Below, piece by piece: positions 29,328 to 39,577 of a stretch of DNA of 64,000 nucleotides (the first letter of the stretch is position 1; every line of letters begins with the position of its first letter). The DNA is from Candidatus Heimdallarchaeota archaeon (GTDB taxonomy: Archaea; Asgardarchaeota; Heimdallarchaeia; Hodarchaeales; Hodarchaeaceae). A model generated the notes under the pieces. It did no database searches. It was not told the origin of the DNA and saw only the letters and a list, made by a program, of their open reading frames with translations. The DNA lies in contig CP070695.1 in NCBI GenBank assembly GCA_020353515.1, forward strand, positions 3,193,532 to 3,257,531, in the 5' to 3' direction. Position numbers and translations under genes: made by a program.

Positions 29328-30836
29328 ATGACCTCTATGTTTCTTCAAGCGATTCGACCATTTATGTCAATCACACCAGAAGTTGTCAAACCGCCTCGTG
29401 AGGTTCATTTCAATGAAAAAGTAATGTGGACATTTGCAGCTTTGGTTATTTATTTTGTAATGGCATCTACTCCAATTATTGGAGCTCATTATGAAGGAGC
29501 TGACCCTATCGCACTTATGCGGATTATTACAGCCTCAACTCGAGGATCGCTGGCAGAGCTCGGAATTGGCCCAATTGTAACAGCAGGACTCATTATGCAA
29601 ATACTAGTAGGATCCAAAATTATTTCTGTGAATATGGGAGACCCTGAGGAAAGAGCTCTCTATACAGGAGCACAAAAGGTTATGTCAGTTGCATTAACAG
29701 TTATTGAAGCAACTGCATTCTTAATTGGGGGAACTTATGGTTCTAATCTAATTCTTCAGGACCAGTTAGCTATCATTGCCCAATTATTAGCAGCAGGTAT
29801 CATAATCATTCTCCTAGATGAGATGATTCAGAAAGGTTGGGGATTAGGATCAGGTATTTCTTTATTCATTGCAGGGGGGGTTGGTTTACAAATTTTTCAA
29901 GGATTGTTTGCACAACAAACTTTCTACGAAGGACCAAACAATCGAGTAGAGTCAAGGAGAGGTATTGCTCTTGCTTTTCTTGCGTGGATATCACAGCGGG
30001 GTCCGATTGAAGCAATTGGAGCATTATTTTTCCGATACAGTCCAACCGAGAGTATAAATTTACCTTCCCTCTCTCTCCTTTCTGTGATAGCTTCCATTGT
30101 AGTGTTCATTGTTGTAATCTATTTTGAATCCATGCGAATTGAAATCCCAATCTCGTATGCCCAGTACAAGGGCATCCGATCCATTTATCCTATTAAACTG
30201 CTTTATGTATCGAATATCCCCGTCATTTTAACTTCAGCTGTTTTTGCTGATATCTATTTTATTACTCAAATGGTTTGGAATGCTAGTGGGGGACCAAATA
30301 GAACAATAACCAATCCACTCGCGCTATTTTTAGGGACATTTAGAATTGATGAAACAACTCAGCAATATGTTCCTGTATCTGGTCTTGTTTATTATTTGAC
30401 CCCACCTCAGTCTTTTGTTGGCGAGGCTGGATTTCTAAATGTAGCAAAACCAATTGAATCTATGTTCCGTGCCTTGGTGTACGCCATATTTCTTGTCATT
30501 CTTTGTGTAATCTTTTCAGCAATGTGGTTGGAAACAGCGGGAATGGGTTCACGAGATGTTGCACGACAGCTATTACAATCTGGAATGCAGGTACCAGGTT
30601 GGCGACGATGTGAGAAAATGGTTCAACGAAGATTAGAAATGTACATTCCTACAATAGCTTTGATGGGTGGATTATTTATTGGGATTTTAGCAGCTTTTGC
30701 AGATTTTTTTGGTGCTATCGGATCTGGTATGGGCATTCTCCTCTCTGTCAGCATTATAAGACAATACATTGATCTTATTAGCAAAGAAAAAGTTGCTGAA
30801 ATGAATCCTTCTTTACGCAGTTTTTTAGGGATATAA
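29328..30836 (+). CDS. secY: Protein translocase subunit SecY/Sec61-alpha
   Basis: GSLAELGIGPIVTAGLIMQIL, KGWGLGSGISLFIA, YPIKLLYVSNIPVIL, GAIGSGMGILL. Confidence 0.97.
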   Translation: MTSMFLQAIRPFMSITPEVVKPPREVHFNEKVMWTFAALVIYFVMASTPIIGAHYEGADPIALMRIITASTRGSLAELGIGPIVTAGLIMQILVGSKIISVNMGDPEERALYTGAQKVMSVALTVIEATAFLIGGTYGSNLILQDQLAIIAQLLAAGIIIILLDEMIQKGWGLGSGISLFIAGGVGLQIFQGLFAQQTFYEGPNNRVESRRGIALAFLAWISQRGPIEAIGALFFRYSPTESINLPSLSLLSVIASIVVFIVVIYFESMRIEIPISYAQYKGIRSIYPIKLLYVSNIPVILTSAVFADIYFITQMVWNASGGPNRTITNPLALFLGTFRIDETTQQYVPVSGLVYYLTPPQSFVGEAGFLNVAKPIESMFRALVYAIFLVILCVIFSAMWLETAGMGSRDVARQLLQSGMQVPGWRRCEKMVQRRLEMYIPTIALMGGLFIGILAAFADFFGAIGSGMGILLSVSIIRQYIDLISKEKVAEMNPSLRSFLGI

Positions 30837-30909
30837 TGGTTGTCTTTCCGAATAGGTTAGATTTAAATCTGAACTTTAGATTTCTTTATTCAATGTACTT
30901 AGCAATCGA

Positions 30910-31605
30910 GTGATTAATATGAAACCTCTCATAAGAAAAATGCTATACATTATTTTGTGGTATGTTGTGTACCCCAATTTTTGGTTACTCCTCCTTGCCT
31001 CTGATATTTATTTCAAACCAGAAAATCTCATCTTTCTACTGACTCTTCTTATCTCTTATATTATGGGAATAATAGACACAATAATCCGACCCTTTTCAGA
31101 GAGTATTGAGGAAGACTGGACAACTAATCGCCTTTATACCATGATTATACTCGCCTTATTCTTATTTAATCCAATTATTATTGCCCTATCATTCTATGAA
31201 TCTAAACTCATTGTAGCAAACTACTTTCCGACTTGGAATACCCTCCCTGTATCTATTCTTGGTATCTTTATTCTGATGATAGGAGGATGTATTACAATAA
31301 CAGGGAGATACCAGCTCAAACAATTTGGTGAAGGAGTTTTAAATGTTAAAGAAGATCAGACCTTGATAACCACAGGAATTTTTAGCTATATTCGTCATCC
31401 TATTTATGCGGGAGGAATTATAGGAGTTTTCGGACTCTATCTCGCATTCGGGAGTTTCTTTGTTTTAATTGGTATTTGGATTTCCTATTTCGTGGTTTTC
31501 AGACACCGATTACTCTTCGAAGAGAAAATGATGACTGAAGCTTTTGGAGACGAATACAGAGAATATATGAAACACTCAAAACGATTAATCCCATTTCTAT
31601 ATTAA
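30910..31605 (+). CDS. ICMT/PEMT-family membrane methyltransferase (second paralogue)
   Basis: LITTGIFSYIRHPIY, EEKMMTEAFGDEYREY, RLIPFLY. Confidence 0.9.
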   Translation: MINMKPLIRKMLYIILWYVVYPNFWLLLLASDIYFKPENLIFLLTLLISYIMGIIDTIIRPFSESIEEDWTTNRLYTMIILALFLFNPIIIALSFYESKLIVANYFPTWNTLPVSILGIFILMIGGCITITGRYQLKQFGEGVLNVKEDQTLITTGIFSYIRHPIYAGGIIGVFGLYLAFGSFFVLIGIWISYFVVFRHRLLFEEKMMTEAFGDEYREYMKHSKRLIPFLY

Positions 31606-31684
31606 TGAGATACACGCGACAAGTATAACGTAAAAATCAAATTGAGGAAAAAAAGAAAGAAAGAAGAAATGATAAGGAAAACTG

Positions 31685-32488
31685 TTACTCTTCTTCAGGT
31701 TCCATTATCTTCTTTTTGATTTTTTCTAGTAATTCTTTGAGTTCATCCTTTTTGAGGTCATCTGATTCTCCTATCTTTTGAACGATTGTATCTACTTCTG
31801 TTTTTGCTGACATTAGCACATCTAACCTTCTTTGGGTTTTATTTATCCGCTTTTTTAAGGATGACCTATATCCTTGAAAGTAGTCTAGAGCATCCTCCTT
31901 GGATTGAAAATCATTGATGTCTGCAACCATCCTTCGATACAATCTCGGTCGTGCGAATGGATGACCATATTTTTCTGGGGGAGCTAATTCTGAAAAGAAT
32001 GCAAATTTGGTTGCCCATTTTTCTTTTAATTCATCTAGGTACTTTTTTCCTTCTGTGGTTATTTGATATTTCTTCTGAGCTCTACCATCAACAACAGATT
32101 CAGCTGTTTCAACCAGATTCTTTTCTTCTAGTTTTCTTAAAATGCGAATGACATTACTCCTAGGAATTTTATACTTCTCTTGAATTTGATACCCCGTGAT
32201 ACCCTCTGCATGATCAGCTAACATTGTTAAAATGAAAAAGGTCTTTAGATCTTTAAAAGCCCCACGACTTAAGGGGAAAGGAGGAATAAATGGGCCATGA
32301 TGACCAGGAAAAAAAGGCCTATGACGTCTTTTGGATCTAAATGGGGATGGTGGGGGTGGTTCATGATGTTCTCCCATCATATAAGGGAAATTACATTTAA
32401 AATACCCCTTTGGGAAATGATAGTTGTCTTCATATGAAGGAGAAGAATTGAACTCATCAATTGGTATTTTTTCTTCGTTGTTATTCAT
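31685..32488 (-). CDS. PadR-family regulator with His/Pro-rich N-terminus and coiled-coil C-terminus
   Basis: ITGYQIQE...LRKLEEKNLV...KKYQITTEGKKYL. Confidence 0.85.
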   Translation of the reverse strand: MNNNEEKIPIDEFNSSPSYEDNYHFPKGYFKCNFPYMMGEHHEPPPPSPFRSKRRHRPFFPGHHGPFIPPFPLSRGAFKDLKTFFILTMLADHAEGITGYQIQEKYKIPRSNVIRILRKLEEKNLVETAESVVDGRAQKKYQITTEGKKYLDELKEKWATKFAFFSELAPPEKYGHPFARPRLYRRMVADINDFQSKEDALDYFQGYRSSLKKRINKTQRRLDVLMSAKTEVDTIVQKIGESDDLKKDELKELLEKIKKKIMEPEEE

Positions 32489-32503
32489 GTTTTAACACCA
32501 ATT

Positions 32504-32555
32504 AGTTATATACTGTAACCATTTATAAATATGTCCATAGCGGTCATATATAACT
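32504..32555. promoter_or_regulatory. Inverted repeat flanking the TATA box of the PadR gene
   Basis: AGTTATATA (32504-32512) ... TATATAACT (32547-32555) around TTTATAAAT. Confidence 0.5.
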
Positions 32556-32672
32556 TTCAGACATATGTTCAAACTAAATAGGACTATTGGTGAAACTGAT
32601 TTCTAGATAAGAAAAAACGAAAACGAGAGAAAATTCCAGTTGTTGATAGTTAAATAATATTTTAGAAGAAAT

Positions 32673-32713
32673 AAAAAAAGAGAGAGGGGGAGAAATCCTT
32701 ACTTATTTTCTCC
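32673..32713 (-). terminator. Hairpin plus pyrimidine/T tract after the large surface protein gene
   Basis: GGAGAAA/TTTCTCC stem, then CCCTCTCTCTTTTTTT on the minus strand. Confidence 0.55.
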
Positions 32714-35700
32714 TACTTTTTTCTCCGTTTGGTAAGGGTTGCAACAAAGTACACACTAATCAAGCTGAAGATGAGAATTTCAAATTCGAACCCTGGTGCA
32801 CCACCAATAACTGGGGCATCACCTGTATCTTCTATATTATCTACTTGCAGTATAATACGGATGAATAAGTGATTTACCTTTGTATCATTATCCTGTACAT
32901 CAATTTCACAGAGATAATAATCATCAGCTATATCGGTACTATCCCATGTATGTTCAAACATATGCCACCCTGCTTCTGATCCAGTATAACCCATTACCGT
33001 ATCTTCTACATTCCGACCGATATCTGGTTCTCCAGTAGTGGGATCAAAGTCATCAATGACATTAGCTTTAAAGACAACGGAGGTTAATTCTAGATCGTCC
33101 TTAGTTGCAATCTCAAAGTAGATATCACCAGCAACTGGGTCATATTCGTTTAATCTTCCCTCAGCAACATAGTCACTAATGTTTTCTGGAAGATCAGAAC
33201 GACTTGGACTCCATTCAGGGGGATTACTAACTGTTGGTCCTTCCTGACCACCAACAACGATGAAACCAATCTTTTCATATACAGTGTGTTGATTCTCATC
33301 GATATCAATGATGGTTATGTTGAGAATCCGATCGCCATTTATTTCCTTAGTAAGATCGTGTGTTCTCTCATAATAACCAGTCCCATCATTGTAGGTCATT
33401 GTGTACATTGGCCCTTGATCAATCTGCATCTTGACTGATTGAATTCCTAGATCGTCGATTACTTCAACTTCGAATTTGTAACTACCTGTTAGTGTTTCAC
33501 CCACTGCACCTGGTGAAATAATATTTACTGTTGGAGGATTTCCTGGTCTTATATTATCTACTTGGAGGAAGAAATCATATATTACCTTGTGACCATCCAT
33601 ATCCCAGACGGTTATCGTGAAGAAGTGAATACTGTTCTCAGTCTCACCTAAAGTATTCCAGTTGAACTCATAAATATCATCACTGTCAGTGTCGTTCAAT
33701 AAGAAAGCTGTAAAATCCCTAGTTAAGACCACTGCGAAGACTTCGACGTCGTCGGTAACTTCCACTTGGACAGTATGGGTTCCATAAACAGTTGTATTTT
33801 CTGCACTAAGTAGATCAATGACAGGAGGATTGGTGGCAGCTTCATCGTAATTGTCCACTAATAAATTGTGGATTCCAAAGTCTATCCAATTACCTTCATT
33901 ATCCTCACTATATGCCAGAAGTGTCCATTCTCCATCTGCGAATCCATTAGTTGTGTCCCATGTAAGGTTATAGTCTATAGTTGGATAATTATCCCACCAG
34001 ACTGAAAGAGGGATATCTTGTTCAAATTGTGCTATTCGTGCTGGTAAGTCAGCAAAATATGCTTTAACTGTTGTTTCTTTGAATCCAGAGGAACCAAAAC
34101 GCTGATCCCAATCTGTTCCATTCCAGTAATAAAATGGCCAATGAAAACTATGAATACCATGGGAGTTATCATCCCATACTCTCACATGTAGGTGGTTATC
34201 CACCCCTGAGAAAGTAATATCTCGATTTTGAATGTTGTGGTCACCCCAATATTCTTCGTCAGGCTCAGCAGTGTAATTATGGTAATAAAAGTTACCATTT
34301 GGTGGTTGGGTGTCTACATCGTCTTCAAGGAATGTATAGTCAAATATAAGTCCAAATTCGTCTAATACTGTCCCATTGGGGTTATAATCATCATCAACAA
34401 ACTCAAGGGATGCAGCATCAGTATAGATTTCCAAGTTATGATTTACGTACCTTATATCCCTAAACCAATGTTCTTCCCATGTGTCAATATGCCAACCCCA
34501 ACCATTGTTTTCGCGAGGATAGACAGCGTACGCCTCGTATGGAACAACTATCGGAAATCTAGAAGCGGAATAATTACTGCTAAATGGGAAAGATGACCAG
34601 CCCCATTCTGTTAATAATTCGAGATCCTCATTTACATACGATCCTGAATATATCTTAGTTGGATTGACATATTCCTCTGCAAGCGGATTCCACCTGAAAT
34701 CGATTTCATCTATCCATTGATCTACATCAGGATGATAATAAGAAAATTGTCTATATTCTGATGTGGCTGTATTTTGATTTTCAAAGACTGGACTACTTGG
34801 TATTATGTCACTGTTACTTAAAAGACTGTCACTCATTGCTGGAGTGAAAGTGTGGTTACAATAGAACCGATAGGTGTTTCCTTCATAATGCAGGCGATGC
34901 CAGTCCCACCAATTGTGGTGAGTTTCGTTATGTGTAAAATCGATACCCAAATAAGTTTCGATATCCAAAGCTAGATCGTTTGCGGCATTATAATGATCAA
35001 CGAAATCATTATACCCAATAGTAAGCTCAAAACTGTTTGGTGTTACATCTTGTCTGGTGGGTCGGAATGACATCTCTACTATTACTATGTTGGAATCCCA
35101 ACTGTCTGTAACTGTTGGAGATTCAAAATCAATAATTCTCGAGTAATCTCCTCGTAGATAAATGCTTTTGTGTAAATAGCCATAATGATTAACAACTAGT
35201 GATGCTTCCATTCTTGATTGTAAGTAATGGGGGACAAAGTCATAGCCGAAGCTGACTGATAGATCGGTATAGAGACCACTATTGATTTCAAAATCAACAT
35301 CCCAGTAATGATGAGTAACCCAAGGTTCTGGTGGAGGATGATACTTCTGATATATTGTACAAGAACTACTATTTGTTGAAGGAATATGACTTAATGATGT
35401 GACATCTGGAAGAGCATAGTTAATCCATAAATGATCCTGATAACTATTTTTTTGGATCTTTTCTGTGTGGATTAACTCATTCATTGTTAGCATATGAGAC
35501 CCACTGTAACTTCCTGAAATGTCGTAAATGTCGTAATTAAACTCAAACCCAAAAGCAAACCTAATTTCTGGACTACTGCCATCACCTGATGGCCACGCCC
35601 AAGCGCTGATATGGTTTGCTTCAGTTACATTAATGGTTTCAGCTAATCCTCCAATATCACGAGGAATAATTTCATCATTGACATATTCAGTAAACCAAGG

Positions 35701-36249
35701 CCATACAATGTGTGACCGATAACGAACAGCTGTCAGATCGGTCCACCTGTCACCTCTCCAATCCTCCCACGCCCATGTGCCTGCGTACTCATAGCTGATC
35801 ATTAAACCTCGACTCATGTAATCAACGATGCGATCAGCATAGTCTCTAGCTAACTCCGCATTATTGGTTCTAAAGTGGATTTCTACCTCAGTATTCTGAT
35901 CTCCTGGATTATCCGTCGGCCAAAACCACCAATTAGCATGATCAAATATATCATAGACATCTTGATAACTTGCTATGAAAAGATTCAGGTTCTGTTCTCC
36001 AAATCCTAGATCCTTAGAATGAATCTCTGCTCGAGCGTTCATCCACCCGTCGTGATTAACCCATACCCAAGCTGACTCCCAAATATCGGAATATATTTCA
36101 ACAGAAGGAGTAGGAGTGATGAATGTTCTTTTAATAGGTACTGAATCGGTGCCTTGCGTTATCTGTAGTGATGATGATATTAAAAGCAATGAAAGGAGAA
36201 GAAGACAAAGTGTAGAAATTATGGTCTTATTTCGTTTTGTTTCATTCAT
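32713..36249 (-). CDS. Large cell-surface glycoprotein with Ig-like repeats and PGF-CTERM-like anchor
   Basis: Signal peptide, many sequons, repeats PP..VxVxDD..WxT..DG, C-terminus APGFEFEILIFSLISVYFVATLTKRRKK. Confidence 0.88.
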   Translation of the reverse strand: MNETKRNKTIISTLCLLLLSLLLISSSLQITQGTDSVPIKRTFITPTPSVEIYSDIWESAWVWVNHDGWMNARAEIHSKDLGFGEQNLNLFIASYQDVYDIFDHANWWFWPTDNPGDQNTEVEIHFRTNNAELARDYADRIVDYMSRGLMISYEYAGTWAWEDWRGDRWTDLTAVRYRSHIVWPWFTEYVNDEIIPRDIGGLAETINVTEANHISAWAWPSGDGSSPEIRFAFGFEFNYDIYDISGSYSGSHMLTMNELIHTEKIQKNSYQDHLWINYALPDVTSLSHIPSTNSSSCTIYQKYHPPPEPWVTHHYWDVDFEINSGLYTDLSVSFGYDFVPHYLQSRMEASLVVNHYGYLHKSIYLRGDYSRIIDFESPTVTDSWDSNIVIVEMSFRPTRQDVTPNSFELTIGYNDFVDHYNAANDLALDIETYLGIDFTHNETHHNWWDWHRLHYEGNTYRFYCNHTFTPAMSDSLLSNSDIIPSSPVFENQNTATSEYRQFSYYHPDVDQWIDEIDFRWNPLAEEYVNPTKIYSGSYVNEDLELLTEWGWSSFPFSSNYSASRFPIVVPYEAYAVYPRENNGWGWHIDTWEEHWFRDIRYVNHNLEIYTDAASLEFVDDDYNPNGTVLDEFGLIFDYTFLEDDVDTQPPNGNFYYHNYTAEPDEEYWGDHNIQNRDITFSGVDNHLHVRVWDDNSHGIHSFHWPFYYWNGTDWDQRFGSSGFKETTVKAYFADLPARIAQFEQDIPLSVWWDNYPTIDYNLTWDTTNGFADGEWTLLAYSEDNEGNWIDFGIHNLLVDNYDEAATNPPVIDLLSAENTTVYGTHTVQVEVTDDVEVFAVVLTRDFTAFLLNDTDSDDIYEFNWNTLGETENSIHFFTITVWDMDGHKVIYDFFLQVDNIRPGNPPTVNIISPGAVGETLTGSYKFEVEVIDDLGIQSVKMQIDQGPMYTMTYNDGTGYYERTHDLTKEINGDRILNITIIDIDENQHTVYEKIGFIVVGGQEGPTVSNPPEWSPSRSDLPENISDYVAEGRLNEYDPVAGDIYFEIATKDDLELTSVVFKANVIDDFDPTTGEPDIGRNVEDTVMGYTGSEAGWHMFEHTWDSTDIADDYYLCEIDVQDNDTKVNHLFIRIILQVDNIEDTGDAPVIGGAPGFEFEILIFSLISVYFVATLTKRRKK

Positions 36250-36491
36250 TTTTGAGTTTTCTCCATAATTTTTCTAGAATATGATTATGTGTCGTAGGGA
36301 AAGAGGGGAATGGATATTGATAAAGTAAACCATATCAAATATCCCTATTACAAGAATCCTCTGTGGTGTGTGAGGCTTTTACAAGTCTGGTTTATTGATT
36401 AAAACCCCACAAGTTCGTAATGTCATTAATAATATGCTAGAAGAACGTTAAAAAAGAATGTCAAGTAATCTCCCCCTATTTTCCATTTTTT

Positions 36492-36794
36492 TTAAAATGA
36501 AGAACATTTTAGTTGTGGTTTACCAACAACTGCAAAGACTTCTACATCTTTAAAATCTTTATTAGGAGAATTCACTTCAAAAAGTGGAACTGATGCTAAT
36601 TCACAGTTCTTTGATAAAATCTCATATTCTTTCTTCTGAAATGTTTCTAAAACGTAAACAGCTTTCACTAAACCGCTCATCACGTATACTAATGTCGCAT
36701 AGTAACCTGTTACATAGCTTCCCTCTTCCAAATAATATGTACTTTGATCTAGTGATCTGTTATTCTCTATGATGACTTTTCCTTCTGGGGTCAT
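36492..36794 (-). other. Short ORF, probable gene remnant
   Basis: 100-aa ORF, upstream frames broken by stops, no recognisable family. Confidence 0.3.
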
Positions 36795-37041
36795 TGAACA
36801 TACCGCTGACTAAATGTGCTTAATGATCTAGTATAGGCATTCTTTGAAGCAAATCGTATTATTGGCATGTTACTGTCATAAACGATTTCATCATTTTATT
36901 ATTAATATCACTAAATTTTATACCTTTCATTATAGGCACAAAGGAAGAAAATAGTCATTATATTTTGGCTTTTTCATAAATATCCTTCTTCCAGAATTGG
37001 GAAATTCTTTCTTTCGTGGAATTTCTGCTGGAGAGGTGATT

Positions 37042-37392
37042 ATGAAACCAAGAAAATCATATATTACACTGATTAAGATTTTCATCAAAGTGGGATTTGG
37101 TTTATTTCTTGGTTTACTTGTGGAAATCGTATACTCTGATAGGGCACGGATAAATCCCTCCCTTAGACTTCTCGGACTATGTAATTTCTTGGTAGGTGGT
37201 ATTTTCCTTATCTTTGCAGGCTTGAGATTGTTTTTTGGACCTGCTTACATTGAAGTTATTACTGATGGAGAAAGTGGAGAACTCTTTAGTTCTTTAGAAA
37301 CCGAGTTTTTATGTGGTTTTGGTAAATCAGGGGAAGATATACTTGCAGGATTAATAATTTTTGTTATCTCTATTGGGCTGATGATAACTTAA
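37042..37392 (+). CDS. Small membrane hypothetical protein
   Basis: 3 hydrophobic segments. ATG follows GAGGTGA. Confidence 0.65.
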   Translation: MKPRKSYITLIKIFIKVGFGLFLGLLVEIVYSDRARINPSLRLLGLCNFLVGGIFLIFAGLRLFFGPAYIEVITDGESGELFSSLETEFLCGFGKSGEDILAGLIIFVISIGLMIT

Positions 37393-37419
37393 CAATAAAT
37401 TCAATTCTTGACTTGAATT

Positions 37420-38466
37420 CTATGTGATTGCTGCAATTGCAATCACATATCCAAGTAATGATCCAAAAAGGGGAATTATCGCTGATACACGAATCAATTG
37501 AGGAATAGGATAGGAAGACATTGAAATAAGGCGGTTAAAATTGTTTTGATGTCGTATGATGGTTATTTCATCACTTTTATTAAGAATTAGGGAATGAATA
37601 ATCTCTTGTTGCTTATATATCACAGAATTAAGGATATTGTGATATTTCTTCCAGCTACGAAAGATTGATAGTCCACTCTGTTGAAAACCAATGAGGATTA
37701 ACAGCAATAGAGAACTTAGGAAAAGAATTAAGAACCAAGACATGTCCAAGATAGCAAAAAATAATGAGATTATTGTTGATACAAAAAATGGTAAGAGAAA
37801 AGAAAGAAGTAAGAATTCAAACAGTAACGGTGGGAAATCATCAAAAATAAATGGATAAATCCATTCAAGATCGATATCAGTTGATATCTTCTTTAGCTGG
37901 AATCTTTTTTTTCTATTCACTTCATCGAAAGTAATAAAGTTTTCAATCGACCCAACATTTTCTAGCCTCTTGAATAAAGACAACATTTGATCATGATAAC
38001 TACTCCAATTAGGTCTACAAAGAAATGATCTGTATAAAATCGTAATTACAGAAAAAGAAATACCTAAAGACGTTGCAAATCCAATTGAGATCTCCAATCC
38101 AGCAGATACCTCAAAAGGGACATTACTAAAAGCTTCAGGACTTTCAAATGTTCCTAAAAAGACACTAGAGATCACATCAATTGAGAATGCCAAGGAACTC
38201 AAACCTGTAAGGCTTAATATTATGGAAATGATTAATGGAAAGATTTTTTGGCGCCATGATTGTGGGCGATCAAATTTCTCCTTCTCTTTTTGTAAATAAT
38301 CCACAAAGCTTTCTGATTTCTCATGTGGGATATCTTCTTTAATTTCCCAATAGAGTTCTTCCTCCAAAATCATATTCTGTTTTAATTGATCCATTGATCT
38401 TCCCTTCAGAATTCTATAGCTTATTATTGAGATACAACAAGTCCTCTCTTCTTGAATTAGATTCAA
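37420..38466 (-). CDS. Hypothetical multi-TM membrane protein
   Basis: About 5 hydrophobic helices. Start uncertain, possibly MDQLK. Confidence 0.7.
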   Translation of the reverse strand: MNLIQEERTCCISIISYRILKGRSMDQLKQNMILEEELYWEIKEDIPHEKSESFVDYLQKEKEKFDRPQSWRQKIFPLIISIILSLTGLSSLAFSIDVISSVFLGTFESPEAFSNVPFEVSAGLEISIGFATSLGISFSVITILYRSFLCRPNWSSYHDQMLSLFKRLENVGSIENFITFDEVNRKKRFQLKKISTDIDLEWIYPFIFDDFPPLLFEFLLLSFLLPFFVSTIISLFFAILDMSWFLILFLSSLLLLILIGFQQSGLSIFRSWKKYHNILNSVIYKQQEIIHSLILNKSDEITIIRHQNNFNRLISMSSYPIPQLIRVSAIIPLFGSLLGYVIAIAAIT

Positions 38467-38912
38467 TCTTCGATTTTGAATTCCAGATTTATCATATCGC
38501 CTCGTGTAAAACCAATGGCATTAAAAAATCGTAATAATTCCCAATCTCGCCAGTTAACCAAGGTATAGACTGTATCAACGCCTACTTTTTTCATGTAATT
38601 AAGGAGCTCTTTCATCAATAATCCTCCTACCCCTTTTTTCTGAAATGCTGGATCAACACCTATTGTATCGATCCAACCAATGTTTTCTGGTACACCATAT
38701 TCCCAGCCACTGGCCTCACCAAAGATGAAACCAACAACTTTTCCCTCTATTTCAGCGACGAGTGAGGGCAGAGGTGATTTTTTTCCAGCCATTTCAACCT
38801 TTCTTTCCCAGTAGTCGGGTCGTTGTTCTCCAAGGACTTTATCATCAATCTCAATGATTACTTCAAGATCTTCTTCCTTCATTACCCTGATTGTTGCTTC
38901 TTGTGTTGACAT
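38463..38912 (-). CDS. GNAT-family N-acetyltransferase
   Basis: IGVDPAFQKKGVGGLLM. Confidence 0.92.
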   Translation of the reverse strand: MSTQEATIRVMKEEDLEVIIEIDDKVLGEQRPDYWERKVEMAGKKSPLPSLVAEIEGKVVGFIFGEASGWEYGVPENIGWIDTIGVDPAFQKKGVGGLLMKELLNYMKKVGVDTVYTLVNWRDWELLRFFNAIGFTRGDMINLEFKIED

Positions 38913-39157
38913 GTTTTCCTATCCTTCTCCTATCTACAAGCTTGCAAGTCAATTATAAACCTTTCATAGATATAACTGAAAAGTTGACAATCTAAATCCA
39001 TTTTTTTTATAAAAAATACCGTTATTATCCGTATTATCCTTGATAGAGGTAATAAAATTAATAGGGAAAATTATTTTGAAGCTTCTTTTCCCTGGATGTT
39101 GGTAACTTATAATCATTCCCAAAAATGAGTCTTAACAGCTTTTCAGGAGAAATAATT

Positions 39158-39535
39158 ATGTCTAATGATATCCTATTATATGTAGGAGCTATAATCCCTA
39201 TATTTTGGGGCATAGCCCATATATTCCCAACAAATTCTGTATTAAAGGATTTTGGGGATATTTCAGACGATAATAAGAATATTCTAAAAATGGAATGGCT
39301 CAACGAAAGCCTCACATTGGTCTTCATTGGAATTCTTATTATCTTAGTCACTTTTCTAGGTGATTCAACAAGCTATATTGCACAAATTGTGTACTGGTTG
39401 TCAGCTTTAATGCTTGTTGCAATGGCAGTCTTATCATTAATGACTGGATTTAAGGTTGATTTTCTCCCTTTTAAACTGTGTCCCCTAATATTTGGAGTAT
39501 CCGCCATAGTAGTAATTTTAGGTGCCATTTTATAG
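39158..39535 (+). CDS. Four-TM hypothetical membrane protein
   Basis: WGIAHIFPT...MEWLNE...FKLCP. Start follows AGGAG. Confidence 0.75.
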   Translation: MSNDILLYVGAIIPIFWGIAHIFPTNSVLKDFGDISDDNKNILKMEWLNESLTLVFIGILIILVTFLGDSTSYIAQIVYWLSALMLVAMAVLSLMTGFKVDFLPFKLCPLIFGVSAIVVILGAIL

Positions 39536-39577
39536 AAGCCATTTATATTCTGAGATAAAAAGGTATATCTCCTCTAA

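Noticed and set aside
3500-31605. Eukaryote-like CAAX processing pathway (2 ICMT, CPBP, Rab-like GTPase)
   Set aside because: The GTPase has no C-terminal Cys, the CPBP gene is a fragment, the genes are unlinked, and both families are widespread in prokaryotes.
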